A stretch of 64,000 nucleotides of DNA, from contig CAJUNC010000011.1 in the NCBI GenBank assembly GCA_910587695.1, positions 8,187-72,186 of the forward strand. The letters run 5' to 3'. Position numbers and translations under genes: made by a program. Shown in pieces: positions 40,270 to 50,344 of the stretch. Position 1 is the first letter of the stretch; the number at the start of each line of letters is the position of its first letter. The stretch is from an uncultured Lactobacillus sp. (GTDB lineage Bacteria; Bacillota; Bacilli; Lactobacillales; Lactobacillaceae). The notes under the pieces are model-generated. The model had not been told where the DNA came from and searched no databases. It saw only the letters and a program-made list of their open reading frames with translations.

Positions 40270-42012
40270 ATGGAAAAGGTAGTTAGTTATTTCAAGCTGT
40301 TATTTCAAACTTATAAGATGTTTTTTAAGGCAACTTTGACGATCGCCTTGGTCGTAGTGTTTTTGACACCATTAGAAGCTTTGGCACCGGTCTTAGGAGT
40401 ACGTTCGGGACAACAGTTGATCGACAATTTGAGCTTGCAAAAACCGTATCTGTATTTTTTCATCATTTGGACACTTGCGACCTTATTGAGTCAAATTTTG
40501 CCAGTCGTAGGTACTAATTTTCAAGGGATGTTGACTGATAAGTTGACTGGCTTTATCAAGTTATCTTTGATGCGTTGTTCACAACAGTTGCGTTCGTTAG
40601 AATTGTTTGATGATAGTGATTTTTTTGATGAACTTGAGATCCTAAACGATGGTGCAAGTTGGCGACCAGTCAATTTGATCGTTTTTGGGGTCGCAATATT
40701 GCGTGAAGTGGTCACTTTAGTAGGGATGTTATGGCTTTTAGGAAAATACAATTTTTGGTTGGCTTTATTATTACTGCTAGCGTTAGTCCCTCAAACTTTA
40801 GTTGCATATCGGATCCAACAAGAAGCTTTTGAAACGATGGTGACGCGGAGCAAGCAAGCTCGTAAGTTGAATTATTTGAGTTCACTTTTATTAGAGCGAG
40901 CTGACGCAAAAGAAGTTCGATTATTTGATATGTTTTCTCCTGTGATCAAGCGCTATCAAAAATTATTTCAGCTAGCTCAAAAAAATGTCGATCGTATTCG
41001 CCGAAAGCAGATGTTGTTGGCGTTGATCTTTTTGAGCATAACGGTCGCTGTGAGTGCTGGAGGTTTTTTATGGTTCATTGTTCAGGTCAAACAGCATACA
41101 CTTGGGGTCGGGAGCTTATTGTTATATATCTCAGTGATCGCCTATCTAGTCGAAGGAATGGCTCGTTTAGTCGAAGATTCGAGTTTATTATATGATTCGC
41201 TGTTGTGGGTCGAGAAATATCAGCATTTCTTAGCGTTTAAGGAAAAGCAAGTTTCAGGTACGTTGGATTTTAGTGGGGATTTTGAACGGATAAGATTTGA
41301 AAATGTTTCTTTTACTTATCCATTTTCGACTACTGAGGTTTTAAGTGATCTAAATTTTGAGATCAAAGCTGGTGAAAAGATCGCGATCGTTGGCGAAAAT
41401 GGTTCAGGCAAATCGACATTGGTGAAATTATTACTGCGTTTTTATGATCCCACTAAAGGTCATATCTTGCTCGATGGGACTGATCTATGTGAATATCGCT
41501 GTGAAAGTTATCGTCAAAAACTCAGTGCAGCTTTTCAAGATTTTAGTCGTTTTAAACTAAGTGTCAAAGATAATGTATCAGCTTTAGCGCAGACATCGGA
41601 TAAAAAGGTCCAAACTTGTTTGGAGCAAGTCGGCTTCGCAGAGCTAAACGATAAATTGCAACAAAATTTGAGCAAAGAGTTTGATCATGGGATCGAACTT
41701 TCTGGTGGTCAATGGCAAAAGATCGCGTTAGCACGATGTTTGCACAAAAAAAGTGTCATGTACTTCTTAGATGAACCGACGTCAGCTTTAGATGCGCGCA
41801 GTGAACAAGAGATGTACCACACTTTTTTGACTAAAGATCAACTTCAAACAGTTTTATTCGTGACTCATCGGATGTCTTCAGTGACCTTGGCTGATCGGGT
41901 ATTGTTCTTACAAGCAGGGAAGATCTCTGGATTAGCTTCACATGAGCAGTTATTGCAAGATAATAAAGATTATCGCGAATTGTATGAATTACAAAAGAAT
42001 GCTTATTGCTAA
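40270..42012 (+). CDS. ABC exporter, fused permease/ATPase (type 1 exporter fold)
   Basis: Six-TM N-terminal half. NBD with Walker A GENGSGKST, signature LSGGQWQK and Walker B YFLDEP. Confidence 0.85.
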   Translation: MEKVVSYFKLLFQTYKMFFKATLTIALVVVFLTPLEALAPVLGVRSGQQLIDNLSLQKPYLYFFIIWTLATLLSQILPVVGTNFQGMLTDKLTGFIKLSLMRCSQQLRSLELFDDSDFFDELEILNDGASWRPVNLIVFGVAILREVVTLVGMLWLLGKYNFWLALLLLLALVPQTLVAYRIQQEAFETMVTRSKQARKLNYLSSLLLERADAKEVRLFDMFSPVIKRYQKLFQLAQKNVDRIRRKQMLLALIFLSITVAVSAGGFLWFIVQVKQHTLGVGSLLLYISVIAYLVEGMARLVEDSSLLYDSLLWVEKYQHFLAFKEKQVSGTLDFSGDFERIRFENVSFTYPFSTTEVLSDLNFEIKAGEKIAIVGENGSGKSTLVKLLLRFYDPTKGHILLDGTDLCEYRCESYRQKLSAAFQDFSRFKLSVKDNVSALAQTSDKKVQTCLEQVGFAELNDKLQQNLSKEFDHGIELSGGQWQKIALARCLHKKSVMYFLDEPTSALDARSEQEMYHTFLTKDQLQTVLFVTHRMSSVTLADRVLFLQAGKISGLASHEQLLQDNKDYRELYELQKNAYC

Positions 42013-42051
42013 AAAGCAAGTCACAGAGCTCAAAGAATGAGTTTTGTTGAT

Positions 42052-42065
42052 TGGTAACGCTATCA
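42052..42065. promoter_or_regulatory. Candidate CcpA cre site TGGTAACGCTATCA
   Basis: Matches TGWNANCGNTNWCA at 13 of 14 positions. It lies about 100 nt upstream of the alpha-galactosidase gene. Confidence 0.45.
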
Positions 42066-42163
42066 TTTGTCCGCGTTATGCGTTGTTTAAGTCGCAAATA
42101 GCGGAGTATCGGTGGATAAATTTCGTTATGCTTAAAACAGTTAAGTCATAAGGAGGAATTTAA

Positions 42164-44392
42164 ATGCCGATCACATATAATAAACAAAGTCGTGAGTTTC
42201 ATCTCTATAATGATGAGATAAGTTATCTGATCAAGATCTTAGCCAATGAACAGTTAGGTCAATTGTATTTTGGAAAACAGATCCCCGATCGAGCTGACCA
42301 CGATTATTTGGTAGAAAATAAGTATCGTCCGGTCACATCCTATGTTTTTGATGATGAATATTCGTTTTCATTAGGGAATTTAAAGCAAGAATATCCATCG
42401 TATGGAACGACTGATCCACGGCACCCTGCATTTACGCTACAACAACCAAATGGCAGTAAGATCACAGATTTTAAGTATGTCTCACATGAGATCTATGCTG
42501 GTAAAAAAGCATTAGTCGGCTTGCCGGCAACTTATGTCGAAAATAATGCAGAGGCGACGACACTTGAAGTCACCTTGTATGATGAAGTTATCGAAGTATA
42601 TATGTATTTAAAATACACTATTTTTGAAAAATATGCTGCGATCGCGCGAAGTGTGAGTTTTAAAAACGTGGGTAAACATGAGCATAAACTACAATCGGCG
42701 TTGAGTTTGAACTTAGATCTGCCAGATGCTGATTATGAATGGTTACAATTTTCAGGTGCATGGGGGAGAGAAAGATACTTGCATAAATCTCCCTTAAGAC
42801 CTGGGATCCAAGCGATCGACAGTACTCGTGGAGCCTCCAGTCATATGCAAAATCCATTTGTGATCTTAAAACGTCCGCATACGACCGAGGAGATGGGTGA
42901 AGCTTTAGGCATCAGTTTGGTGTATAGTGGTAATTTTTTAGCACGAGCAGAAGTCGATGAATATGCAGTAACACGTTTGCAGATCGGCTTGAACCCATTT
43001 CAGTTCAGTTGGTGTTTGAAACCAAACGAGACATTTCAAACCCCTGAAGCGGTCTTGGTGTATAGTGACGCTGGCTTAAATGATCTGAGCCAGACCTTTC
43101 AACGTTTATTTGCGACAAGGCTAGCACGTGGATACTGGCGTGAGCGCAAACGCCCGATCTTGATCAATAATTGGGAAGCAACGTATTTTGATTTTACAGA
43201 AGAAAAGTTATTGGCAATCGCAAAAAGTGCTAAAAAACTAGGGATCGAGCTATTTGTATTAGATGATGGTTGGTTTGGGAAAAGGACCAAAGAAACTGCT
43301 GGCTTAGGTGATTGGTATGTTAATCATGAGCGCTTAAAAGATGGGATCACCGGGTTAGCTAAAAAGATCCATGATATGGGCTTGATGTTTGGCTTGTGGT
43401 TTGAACCCGAAATGGTCAATAAAGACAGTGACTTGTATCGACAACATCCTGATTACATCATTGAAACTCCAAAGCGACATGCATCACACGGGCGGAAACA
43501 ATATGTTTTAGATTTTTCTAGAAAAGAAGTCGTAGACAACATCTACGAACAGATGGTCAAGATTTTAGCTGAAAGTGAGATCGATTATATCAAGTGGGAT
43601 ATGAATCGCAATATCACAGAATGCTATTCCAAAGCATATCCAGCAGAACAACAAGGCGAGATCATGCACCGCTATATGCTTGGCGTGTATGACCTTTATG
43701 AACGTTTGATCACGCGTTTTCCTAAGATCTTATTTGAATCTTGTGCAAGTGGTGGAGGTAGATTTGATGCTGGGATGTTGTATTACGCTCCACAAGCTTG
43801 GACAAGTGATGATACCGATGCGATCGAACGGCTAAAGATCCAATATGGTACAAGTTTTGGTTATCCCCAAAGTATGATGGGAGCTCATGTCTCTGCTTCT
43901 CCAAATGAACAATTAGGGCGTACTACGCCACTAAAAATCAGAGGTGATGTTGCCTTTTTTGGTGCATTTGGTTATGAGCTTGATCTGGCTACTTTATCAC
44001 CAACAGAGATGACAGAGGTCAAAAAGCAAGTCGCTTTTATGAAAAAATATCGAGAAACTTTCCAATATGGAACATTTTACCGGTTAAAGAGCCCATTTGA
44101 GGGCAACATTGTCTCTTGGATGGTAGTCTCTCATGATAAGACACAAGCTTTGGTAGGTTATTATAAGATCTTAAATGATGTCAATTGTGAATTTAGACGT
44201 TTGAAATTGCCAGGCTTAGCAGCTACTAAAAGTTATCATGTCAGCGAAGAAAATGGCGCAGATCTAGGTGATTTTACTGGTAGTGAATTGGCAAATATCG
44301 GTTTGGTCACAACTGATGCTTCAGCTGGTGAAAATCGAGAGACGACAGATTTTTATGGGAAGATATTTGTTTTAGAAGAACGAGATAATTGA
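42164..44392 (+). CDS. Alpha-galactosidase, GH36 family
   Basis: 742 aa. Blocks NNWEATYFDF, LFVLDDGWFG, IKWDMNR and ESCASGGGRFD are characteristic of GH36 AgaA/MelA-type enzymes. Confidence 0.92.
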   Translation: MPITYNKQSREFHLYNDEISYLIKILANEQLGQLYFGKQIPDRADHDYLVENKYRPVTSYVFDDEYSFSLGNLKQEYPSYGTTDPRHPAFTLQQPNGSKITDFKYVSHEIYAGKKALVGLPATYVENNAEATTLEVTLYDEVIEVYMYLKYTIFEKYAAIARSVSFKNVGKHEHKLQSALSLNLDLPDADYEWLQFSGAWGRERYLHKSPLRPGIQAIDSTRGASSHMQNPFVILKRPHTTEEMGEALGISLVYSGNFLARAEVDEYAVTRLQIGLNPFQFSWCLKPNETFQTPEAVLVYSDAGLNDLSQTFQRLFATRLARGYWRERKRPILINNWEATYFDFTEEKLLAIAKSAKKLGIELFVLDDGWFGKRTKETAGLGDWYVNHERLKDGITGLAKKIHDMGLMFGLWFEPEMVNKDSDLYRQHPDYIIETPKRHASHGRKQYVLDFSRKEVVDNIYEQMVKILAESEIDYIKWDMNRNITECYSKAYPAEQQGEIMHRYMLGVYDLYERLITRFPKILFESCASGGGRFDAGMLYYAPQAWTSDDTDAIERLKIQYGTSFGYPQSMMGAHVSASPNEQLGRTTPLKIRGDVAFFGAFGYELDLATLSPTEMTEVKKQVAFMKKYRETFQYGTFYRLKSPFEGNIVSWMVVSHDKTQALVGYYKILNDVNCEFRRLKLPGLAATKSYHVSEENGADLGDFTGSELANIGLVTTDASAGENRETTDFYGKIFVLEERDN

Positions 44393-44393
44393 T

Positions 44394-44999
44394 ATGTTAA
44401 AAGAACGAAAAAAGAGTTTGATGGCAGTTAGTGGTGTGATCTTATGCGGCCTTTGTGTTGGTATATTGCAAAAAGCTGATCTAGGGCTTGATCCATTCAG
44501 TTGCTTTGTGACTGGGATCGCCAATATCTTTGATAGTAGCTATGGTAGTTTTTACTTGGTGGTAACATTGTTGCTGTTATTAGTGGGAGCAAAGATCAAA
44601 AAAAGTTACTTTGGTCTTACTACATTAGCTAACTTATTACTGACAGGCTTTATCGCAGATTTTGCAGTAGCTATGTTGGATCATTTGTTCATTGAGCCTA
44701 CGTATCTTGTGAGGGTGGTCTTGTTATCAGTAGGATTGATACTGATGTGTTTAGCTGCTTCGTTATATTTTACAGCGGATCTAGGTGTTTCTGCTTATGA
44801 TGCGTTAGCGTTGATCTTAACTAATGAGTATCGATTGGCATCGTTTAAGTGGTGTCGGATATTTACCGATGGGTCATGTGTTGTGATCGGTGTATTATTA
44901 GACGCTACAGTGGGGATCGGTACACTACTGACAGCCTTTTTCATGGGGCCTTTGATCCAATTATTCAACGTAAAGATCTCACGCCCACTATTGGGATAA
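44394..44999 (+). CDS. YczE/YitT-like integral membrane protein
   Basis: Five or six TM helices. The start lies 1 nt after the alpha-galactosidase stop. Confidence 0.6.
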   Translation: MLKERKKSLMAVSGVILCGLCVGILQKADLGLDPFSCFVTGIANIFDSSYGSFYLVVTLLLLLVGAKIKKSYFGLTTLANLLLTGFIADFAVAMLDHLFIEPTYLVRVVLLSVGLILMCLAASLYFTADLGVSAYDALALILTNEYRLASFKWCRIFTDGSCVVIGVLLDATVGIGTLLTAFFMGPLIQLFNVKISRPLLG

Positions 45000-45002
45000 A
45001 TA

Positions 45003-45041
45003 AAGAGAGTTAATAGTCTTAACTAGACATTAACTCTCTTT
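45003..45041. terminator. Bidirectional hairpin terminator
   Basis: aaagagagttaat / attaactctcttt stem. It overlaps the 3' end of the AraC-family gene. Confidence 0.5.
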
Positions 45042-45855
45042 GTTGTTGTTTGAAATTACTTGGTGTTAGACCATAAGTTTGTTTGAAAGCACGTGTCAGT
45101 GAATCAGGACGTTCATAGCCACAAGCTTGGGCGATCTGTAGTAATGAAAGATCAGTTGATTCGATGAGATGGCGTGCTTGCGTTATTCGATAATTTTTTA
45201 GATACGCTTGGATCGTCATGCCAGTTGCACGCTTGAACCTTTTTCCTAAGTAGCTACGATCAAGTCCGATCTGGTCAGCTAAAAAATTTGCTGAGACTTG
45301 TGGGAAACTTTGTGATATCAAATAGATGGCTTGTTCAACGTATGGATCCAACGTATGTGTCGGTATTTTAGAAATAACAGTCTTAGCAGTGGAAATAATA
45401 CTCAAATATTCTAAGAGATAACTGAGATCTAGCAATTTTTGCGTGTTTGAAGTTTCTTTTTGTGTAAGCAAAAGATTGCTCAAAGTGAGCAAGCGTTTAG
45501 CATTAGGCAAGCTAAAGATCGGATCATGTTGATTTATCGGAAGCTGTTGCATCAGTTGATCAGCGAAACTTCCTGCAAATCCGATCCAAATATAAGACCA
45601 GGGTGTATTTTTATCGGCGATGTAGGTAGTCTCTTGACCAGGCTCGATCAAAAAACCTTGCCCGGCGTGTAAGCGATAAGTCAGCTGTTCAGTTTGAAAA
45701 GTACCTAAACCAGCTAAGATATAATGAATGAGATAGTAATTTCTGACTGCAGGACCGTATTTATGGGAGCTCAAAGTATCCGAACGTCCAACGCTCAACA
45801 GGCGTAATTGATCATTTTTTGGAGGGATAAAATTCATTGTTACTGCTTTTTCCAT
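45019..45855 (-). CDS. AraC-family transcriptional regulator (cupin sensor plus HTH; MsmR/RafR-like)
   Basis: C-terminal AraC HTH (IAQACGYERPDSLTRAFKQTYGLTPSNF) and an N-terminal cupin-like region. ATG at 45855 behind AGGTG. Confidence 0.8.
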   Translation of the reverse strand: MEKAVTMNFIPPKNDQLRLLSVGRSDTLSSHKYGPAVRNYYLIHYILAGLGTFQTEQLTYRLHAGQGFLIEPGQETTYIADKNTPWSYIWIGFAGSFADQLMQQLPINQHDPIFSLPNAKRLLTLSNLLLTQKETSNTQKLLDLSYLLEYLSIISTAKTVISKIPTHTLDPYVEQAIYLISQSFPQVSANFLADQIGLDRSYLGKRFKRATGMTIQAYLKNYRITQARHLIESTDLSLLQIAQACGYERPDSLTRAFKQTYGLTPSNFKQQQRELMSS

Positions 45856-45893
45856 ATGAACACCTACTAAAAAGTTACTATGATCAGCTATAG

Positions 45894-46331
45894 TCAAATA
45901 TCAGGGAGATATCTTTTTGCATCATCCAAGACTTGAGCTAAGGTGATCTTCTTTAATTCATTTTCCATTGCTTGTTGAACACGAAGCAATTTGTCATCTA
46001 AGATATTATGGATATTTTTACCTACAGGACAAGCGGGATTTGGTGAATCGTGGAAGCTAAATAAAGCTCCATTTTTAACACTATCGACCGCTTGATAGAC
46101 GTCAAATAAGCTGAGTTGCTCGTATGGTTTGGTGATCGATGCCCCACCTTGTCCGCGCTTGACTGTGATGAGATCAGCTTTTTTGAGCTGGGATAAGATA
46201 TTGCGGATGATCACAGGGTTGACCTGGATACTTTTGGCTAAAACATCACTAGTTACTTTTTCTTTTGGACTAGCAGTAGCGATATAAGTCAAGATGTGCA
46301 TAGCGATCGTAAAACGGCTTGAGATCTGCAT
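45894..46331 (-). CDS. Rrf2-family transcriptional regulator
   Basis: MQISSRFTIAMHILTYIA... is a typical Rrf2 wHTH N-terminus. ATG at 46331. Confidence 0.85.
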   Translation of the reverse strand: MQISSRFTIAMHILTYIATASPKEKVTSDVLAKSIQVNPVIIRNILSQLKKADLITVKRGQGGASITKPYEQLSLFDVYQAVDSVKNGALFSFHDSPNPACPVGKNIHNILDDKLLRVQQAMENELKKITLAQVLDDAKRYLPDI

Positions 46332-46474
46332 GAATATCACCTCTTTAAATATAACTTCAATATAGTCAACTATACTTTGTGGGAGTTGTGATGTCAATGG
46401 TTACAACATTACAGTCAATAATTATGTTATAATAAGATTAGAATTGGATGCGTTATCACGATGAGGAGAAAACT

Positions 46475-46666
46475 ATGAAAACTGAAAATGATATCTTATA
46501 TAATGTGATCGGTTATATCATTTGTGATCTATTTTTGTTTTGGTATTTACCTAATGATACCTGGCTTGAGATCGGGATAAACATAGTTATAATAGTTGTG
46601 GCGATGTTTGGTGTATATGCGATCTTAGATGTTATTTTAAAATGCCTGCGAGGTAGGGAAAATTAA
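46475..46666 (+). CDS. Small two-TM membrane protein (hypothetical)
   Basis: GAGGAG RBS 6 nt upstream of the ATG. Two hydrophobic helices. Confidence 0.45.
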   Translation: MKTENDILYNVIGYIICDLFLFWYLPNDTWLEIGINIVIIVVAMFGVYAILDVILKCLRGREN

Positions 46667-46771
46667 GTGAGCTAGGTGCTTGTCAGAAGCGCCTTTTTTG
46701 ATTGACAACGAAAAATATATTAAATATACTTTAGAAAAAAATGAAATGATCTTCTAAAGGAAGTGAGTAAC

Positions 46772-48103
46772 ATGAAAGAAAATTTACGTGAATTTGCGTT
46801 AAAACATTTGCCTGACTATTTTGAGCTGTTGCGTTTGCGTTCGATCTCAGCTCAGCAAAGAGATATTCCTGAGACGGCAGAGTATCTGGTGAAAATTTTT
46901 AACGAGTTAGGGGCAACTCGAGTGGAGAAATTAGGGAGCACAGAGCACGCACCAGCTATTTTTGCTGAATTTGCTGGTAATGATCCGACAAAAACGATCT
47001 TGTTTTATCAGCACTATGATGTTCAGCCACCAGAGCCTTTGGAAAAATGGGAAAGTGATCCTTTTGAACCGACGATCAGAGATGAAAAACTTTATGCCAG
47101 AGGAGCTTCCGATAATAAAGGAGAGCTCATTTCACGTCTAGTTTTAGTGGAGTATTTTAAAGCAAACGGTGGTCTGCCTGTCAATGTGAAGTTTTTTGTC
47201 GAAGGTGAAGAAGAGATCGGCAGTCCGCATGTAGCGCAGATAGTTCAGGAAAATAGAGAAAAATTAGCTGCTGATGCTTGTATCTGGGAAGGCGGTGGTA
47301 AAAACTACGTCGACAATTACCAGATCGTCGGTGGGATGCGAGGGATCACCGTCTTTGATGTTGAAACGACAACAGCTGATATCGATCTACATTCATCGTT
47401 AGCTTCATATGCAGAAAATGCTGCTTGGCGCTTAGTTCGTGGCTTAGCTACTTTACGTGATGATACCGGCAAAGTTTTAGTCGAAGGCTTTTATGATGAT
47501 GTCGAACCGTTGAGCAAGGCAGAAGAAGAAGCGGTTTTTGCCTATGATTTTGACTTAGATGTGGCGATCAGTCGGGCAGGTTTGAGGCGGACCGTCAAAG
47601 CTGAGCACAAATTAGCTTTAGTCAATGAACCAACGATGACGATCAATGGTTTGACCGCTGGCTACCAAGGTAAGGGTGTCAAAACGGTAATCCCTCATAT
47701 GGCTTCGGCAAAATTAGATTGTCGATTGACGCCTTCACAAGATCCTAAAAAGATCGCACAGTTGATCCAAGTACATTTAGATAAAAATGGCTTTTCTGAT
47801 CTGAAAGTCAAATATCGTTTAGGTGAAAATGGCTATCGTTCACCGATGAGCGATCCATTCATCCAATTAGTCCTTGCTAAGGCCAAAGAGTACTATGGAA
47901 AACAGACCAAATATCTCCCCAATTCAGCTGGTGGTGGTCCAGCTGAGGTCTTTGGTAATGAACTGAATTTGCCGATCGTGATCTTAGGGGTCTCTTATGC
48001 CGGAAGCCAAGTGCACAGTCCCAATGAGCATATTCGGCTCCAAGATTTTGGGGATGGAACTCAACTTTTAGGGGATATTTTGGTAGAATTTGGTAAAAAT
48101 TAA
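46772..48103 (+). CDS. M20-family metallopeptidase (ArgE/DapE/dipeptidase type)
   Basis: Metal-binding blocks HYDVQP, RGASDNKG and EGEEEIGS. Confidence 0.85.
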   Translation: MKENLREFALKHLPDYFELLRLRSISAQQRDIPETAEYLVKIFNELGATRVEKLGSTEHAPAIFAEFAGNDPTKTILFYQHYDVQPPEPLEKWESDPFEPTIRDEKLYARGASDNKGELISRLVLVEYFKANGGLPVNVKFFVEGEEEIGSPHVAQIVQENREKLAADACIWEGGGKNYVDNYQIVGGMRGITVFDVETTTADIDLHSSLASYAENAAWRLVRGLATLRDDTGKVLVEGFYDDVEPLSKAEEEAVFAYDFDLDVAISRAGLRRTVKAEHKLALVNEPTMTINGLTAGYQGKGVKTVIPHMASAKLDCRLTPSQDPKKIAQLIQVHLDKNGFSDLKVKYRLGENGYRSPMSDPFIQLVLAKAKEYYGKQTKYLPNSAGGGPAEVFGNELNLPIVILGVSYAGSQVHSPNEHIRLQDFGDGTQLLGDILVEFGKN

Positions 48104-48131
48104 ATTATTTTTTGAGCTAAATGGTTTATTT

Positions 48132-48161
48132 GCGACAAAATAAGATTTTTGTCGCTTTTTT
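48132..48161 (+). terminator. Rho-independent terminator
   Basis: gcgacaaaa / ttttgtcgc stem followed by a T-run. Confidence 0.6.
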
Positions 48162-48235
48162 AAGTGTCTTTATCTGTATTTTTGTCTCAAGAGAACTATA
48201 ATGGAGGTGAAATTTGATAGATGGGGTGATAGGAT

Positions 48236-49930
48236 ATGTTAAAAAGTAAAGCAGTTATGGTCGGTGCTGGGATCGCAAATATGGCAGCGGCTGTTTATTT
48301 GATCCAAGAAGGACATTGGAAAGGCGAAGACATTACCTTCTATGCCCTCGATCTACATGGAGCAAATGATGGTGCAGCAGCTTCTGTTGCCGCCGAACAA
48401 TATTGGAATAAGAACCATCCAATGGAAAACACCAAAGGCTATGTTGCACGTGGTGGTCGGATGTTGAATTATCGGACGTATGTTGATCTGATGGATCTGT
48501 TAGATCGGATCCCTTCAGTAACAGAGCCTGGTATGACGGCGGCTGAAGATACGCGTGATTTTGATAGCAAGCACCGAACATTTGATAAAGCACGGTTGAT
48601 GCAAGGTGGTAAAGGGATCATTGATGGTCACAAACTAGGCCTGAATAATTTAGACCGCATGCTGTTGACCCGTTTGATCATGTTGCCTGATGATAAGGAA
48701 GAAGAATTGGACAATGTTTCGATCGCAGAATACTTTAAAGATGATCCACATATGTTCCAAACGAATTTCTGGTACATGTGGGAAACGACATTTGCCTTTC
48801 GTGTCGAATCATCGGCACAAGAATTACGGCGTTATATGCACCAAATGATCTATGAATTTACTCAGATCGAACACTTAGTTGGGGTCAATCGGACACGCTA
48901 TAATCAATTTGAAAGCATCATGTTGCCTTTGATCAAGTACCTCGAAGGACAAGGATGCAAGTTTGTAATGAACAGTCGGGTCGAAGCTTTTGATTTCAAA
49001 GAGACTTCGATGCAAGATGAGATCACTGTTACTGGTTTAGAGATCTTAGATACAGCTACAAACGAAAAGAAGCATGTTGCGATCGATAGTGATACAGCTG
49101 TCTTCTTTACAAATGGATCGATCACTGATTCAGCAAGTCTAGGTGACTTCAACACGCCAGCACCAGAAAATATGGACTATGGTGCAGCTTCATCATTGTG
49201 GAAACAAGCAACTGAGCATTTTTATAACTTAGGTAATCCAGATAAGTTCTTTGCTGATCGTAATGCTTCTGAGTGGGTCAGTTTTACTTTAACGACTAAA
49301 GATCACTTATTATTAAATGAGATCACCCGGATCACGACCCAATTACCAGGGAATGCGCTCAATTCATTTCTATCGACTGAACCGATCACACCTCTAGGAC
49401 AAGAAGACGTCAACATGTCGATCGTCGTTCATCACCAACCACACTTCACGACGCAAAAACCAAACGAAACTGTTTTGTGGGGCTATTTCCTCTATCCAAG
49501 ACGGAGAGGTGAATTTGTCGATAAGCAATATATCAAGATGACTGGTAAAGAGATGTTGCAAGAATTGCTCGGGCAACTTTCTAAAGTCGATCCCGGTCCT
49601 GTCAATATCAAAGAAAAAGAAGCAGCGATCATGGATAGTGTGGTAAATTGTATCCCAGTTTATATGCCATATGCTTCTGCTTTGTTCAATAATCGGGCTA
49701 AGAGCGATCGGCCAGAAGTCATCCCAGAACATTCGACAAATCTGGCCTTTACGGGTGAATTTGTGGAACAACCATATCAGATGGTCTTTACTGAACAAAG
49801 TGCTGTTCGTTCCGGTGAGATCGCCGCTTTCCACTTTGCGGGCGTACCGATGAGCAAATTGGTCAAAACACCACGTTATGATAAAGATCCACGTGTCTTG
49901 ATGCGGGCAGCTAAACGGATGTTTGAATAA
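48236..49930 (+). CDS. ohyA: Oleate hydratase (MCRA family, FAD-dependent)
   Basis: N-terminal GAGIANMAAAVYLI Rossmann motif. Length and the RGGRMLN block match the MCRA/oleate hydratase family. Confidence 0.88.
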   Translation: MLKSKAVMVGAGIANMAAAVYLIQEGHWKGEDITFYALDLHGANDGAAASVAAEQYWNKNHPMENTKGYVARGGRMLNYRTYVDLMDLLDRIPSVTEPGMTAAEDTRDFDSKHRTFDKARLMQGGKGIIDGHKLGLNNLDRMLLTRLIMLPDDKEEELDNVSIAEYFKDDPHMFQTNFWYMWETTFAFRVESSAQELRRYMHQMIYEFTQIEHLVGVNRTRYNQFESIMLPLIKYLEGQGCKFVMNSRVEAFDFKETSMQDEITVTGLEILDTATNEKKHVAIDSDTAVFFTNGSITDSASLGDFNTPAPENMDYGAASSLWKQATEHFYNLGNPDKFFADRNASEWVSFTLTTKDHLLLNEITRITTQLPGNALNSFLSTEPITPLGQEDVNMSIVVHHQPHFTTQKPNETVLWGYFLYPRRRGEFVDKQYIKMTGKEMLQELLGQLSKVDPGPVNIKEKEAAIMDSVVNCIPVYMPYASALFNNRAKSDRPEVIPEHSTNLAFTGEFVEQPYQMVFTEQSAVRSGEIAAFHFAGVPMSKLVKTPRYDKDPRVLMRAAKRMFE

Positions 49931-49951
49931 GCTTAGCGCCTAGTAAATAAT

Positions 49952-49994
49952 AAAAGAGCACCATGATGAAGATACATCAGGGTGCTCTTTTTTG
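49952..49994 (+). terminator. Rho-independent terminator
   Basis: aaaagagcacc...ggtgctctttt stem followed by a T-run. Confidence 0.6.
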
Positions 49995-50344
49995 CTCTGC
50001 ATATGGCATGGACTGTATTTCAAAAAGTCGGGATCATTGTAGCACTAGCATTTTTAATGGTTTTATCCGTTAGTGTGATGTTAGACGTTTTTTGGCTGAA
50101 GCGATCGGCGATTATGCTATATCCATTGCGCTGGATCTTGGATAGAAGAAATACTGGATCTATTTATAAAAAAGATAAGATATTTAGGTAAATTAGTGCA
50201 ATATAAAAAACAGAAAATATATTACGTAAATAAATTTAAAATCGTAGCCAATGTGGTTACGACTGTTGTTTAAGCCTATTTGCTAGTAATTCAAAAAGAA
50301 AAGGGTTACAATATAATTGATCTAGACCAATAGGAGGCGTGTTT

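Noticed and set aside
49394-49834. 146-aa minus-strand ORF
   Set aside because: It is antisense within the well-supported oleate hydratase gene.
49982-50191. 69-aa hydrophobic ORF after the oleate hydratase terminator
   Set aside because: Its tracked start lies inside the terminator stem and I found no convincing RBS. It could be a small membrane protein, but support is too weak to report it as a feature.
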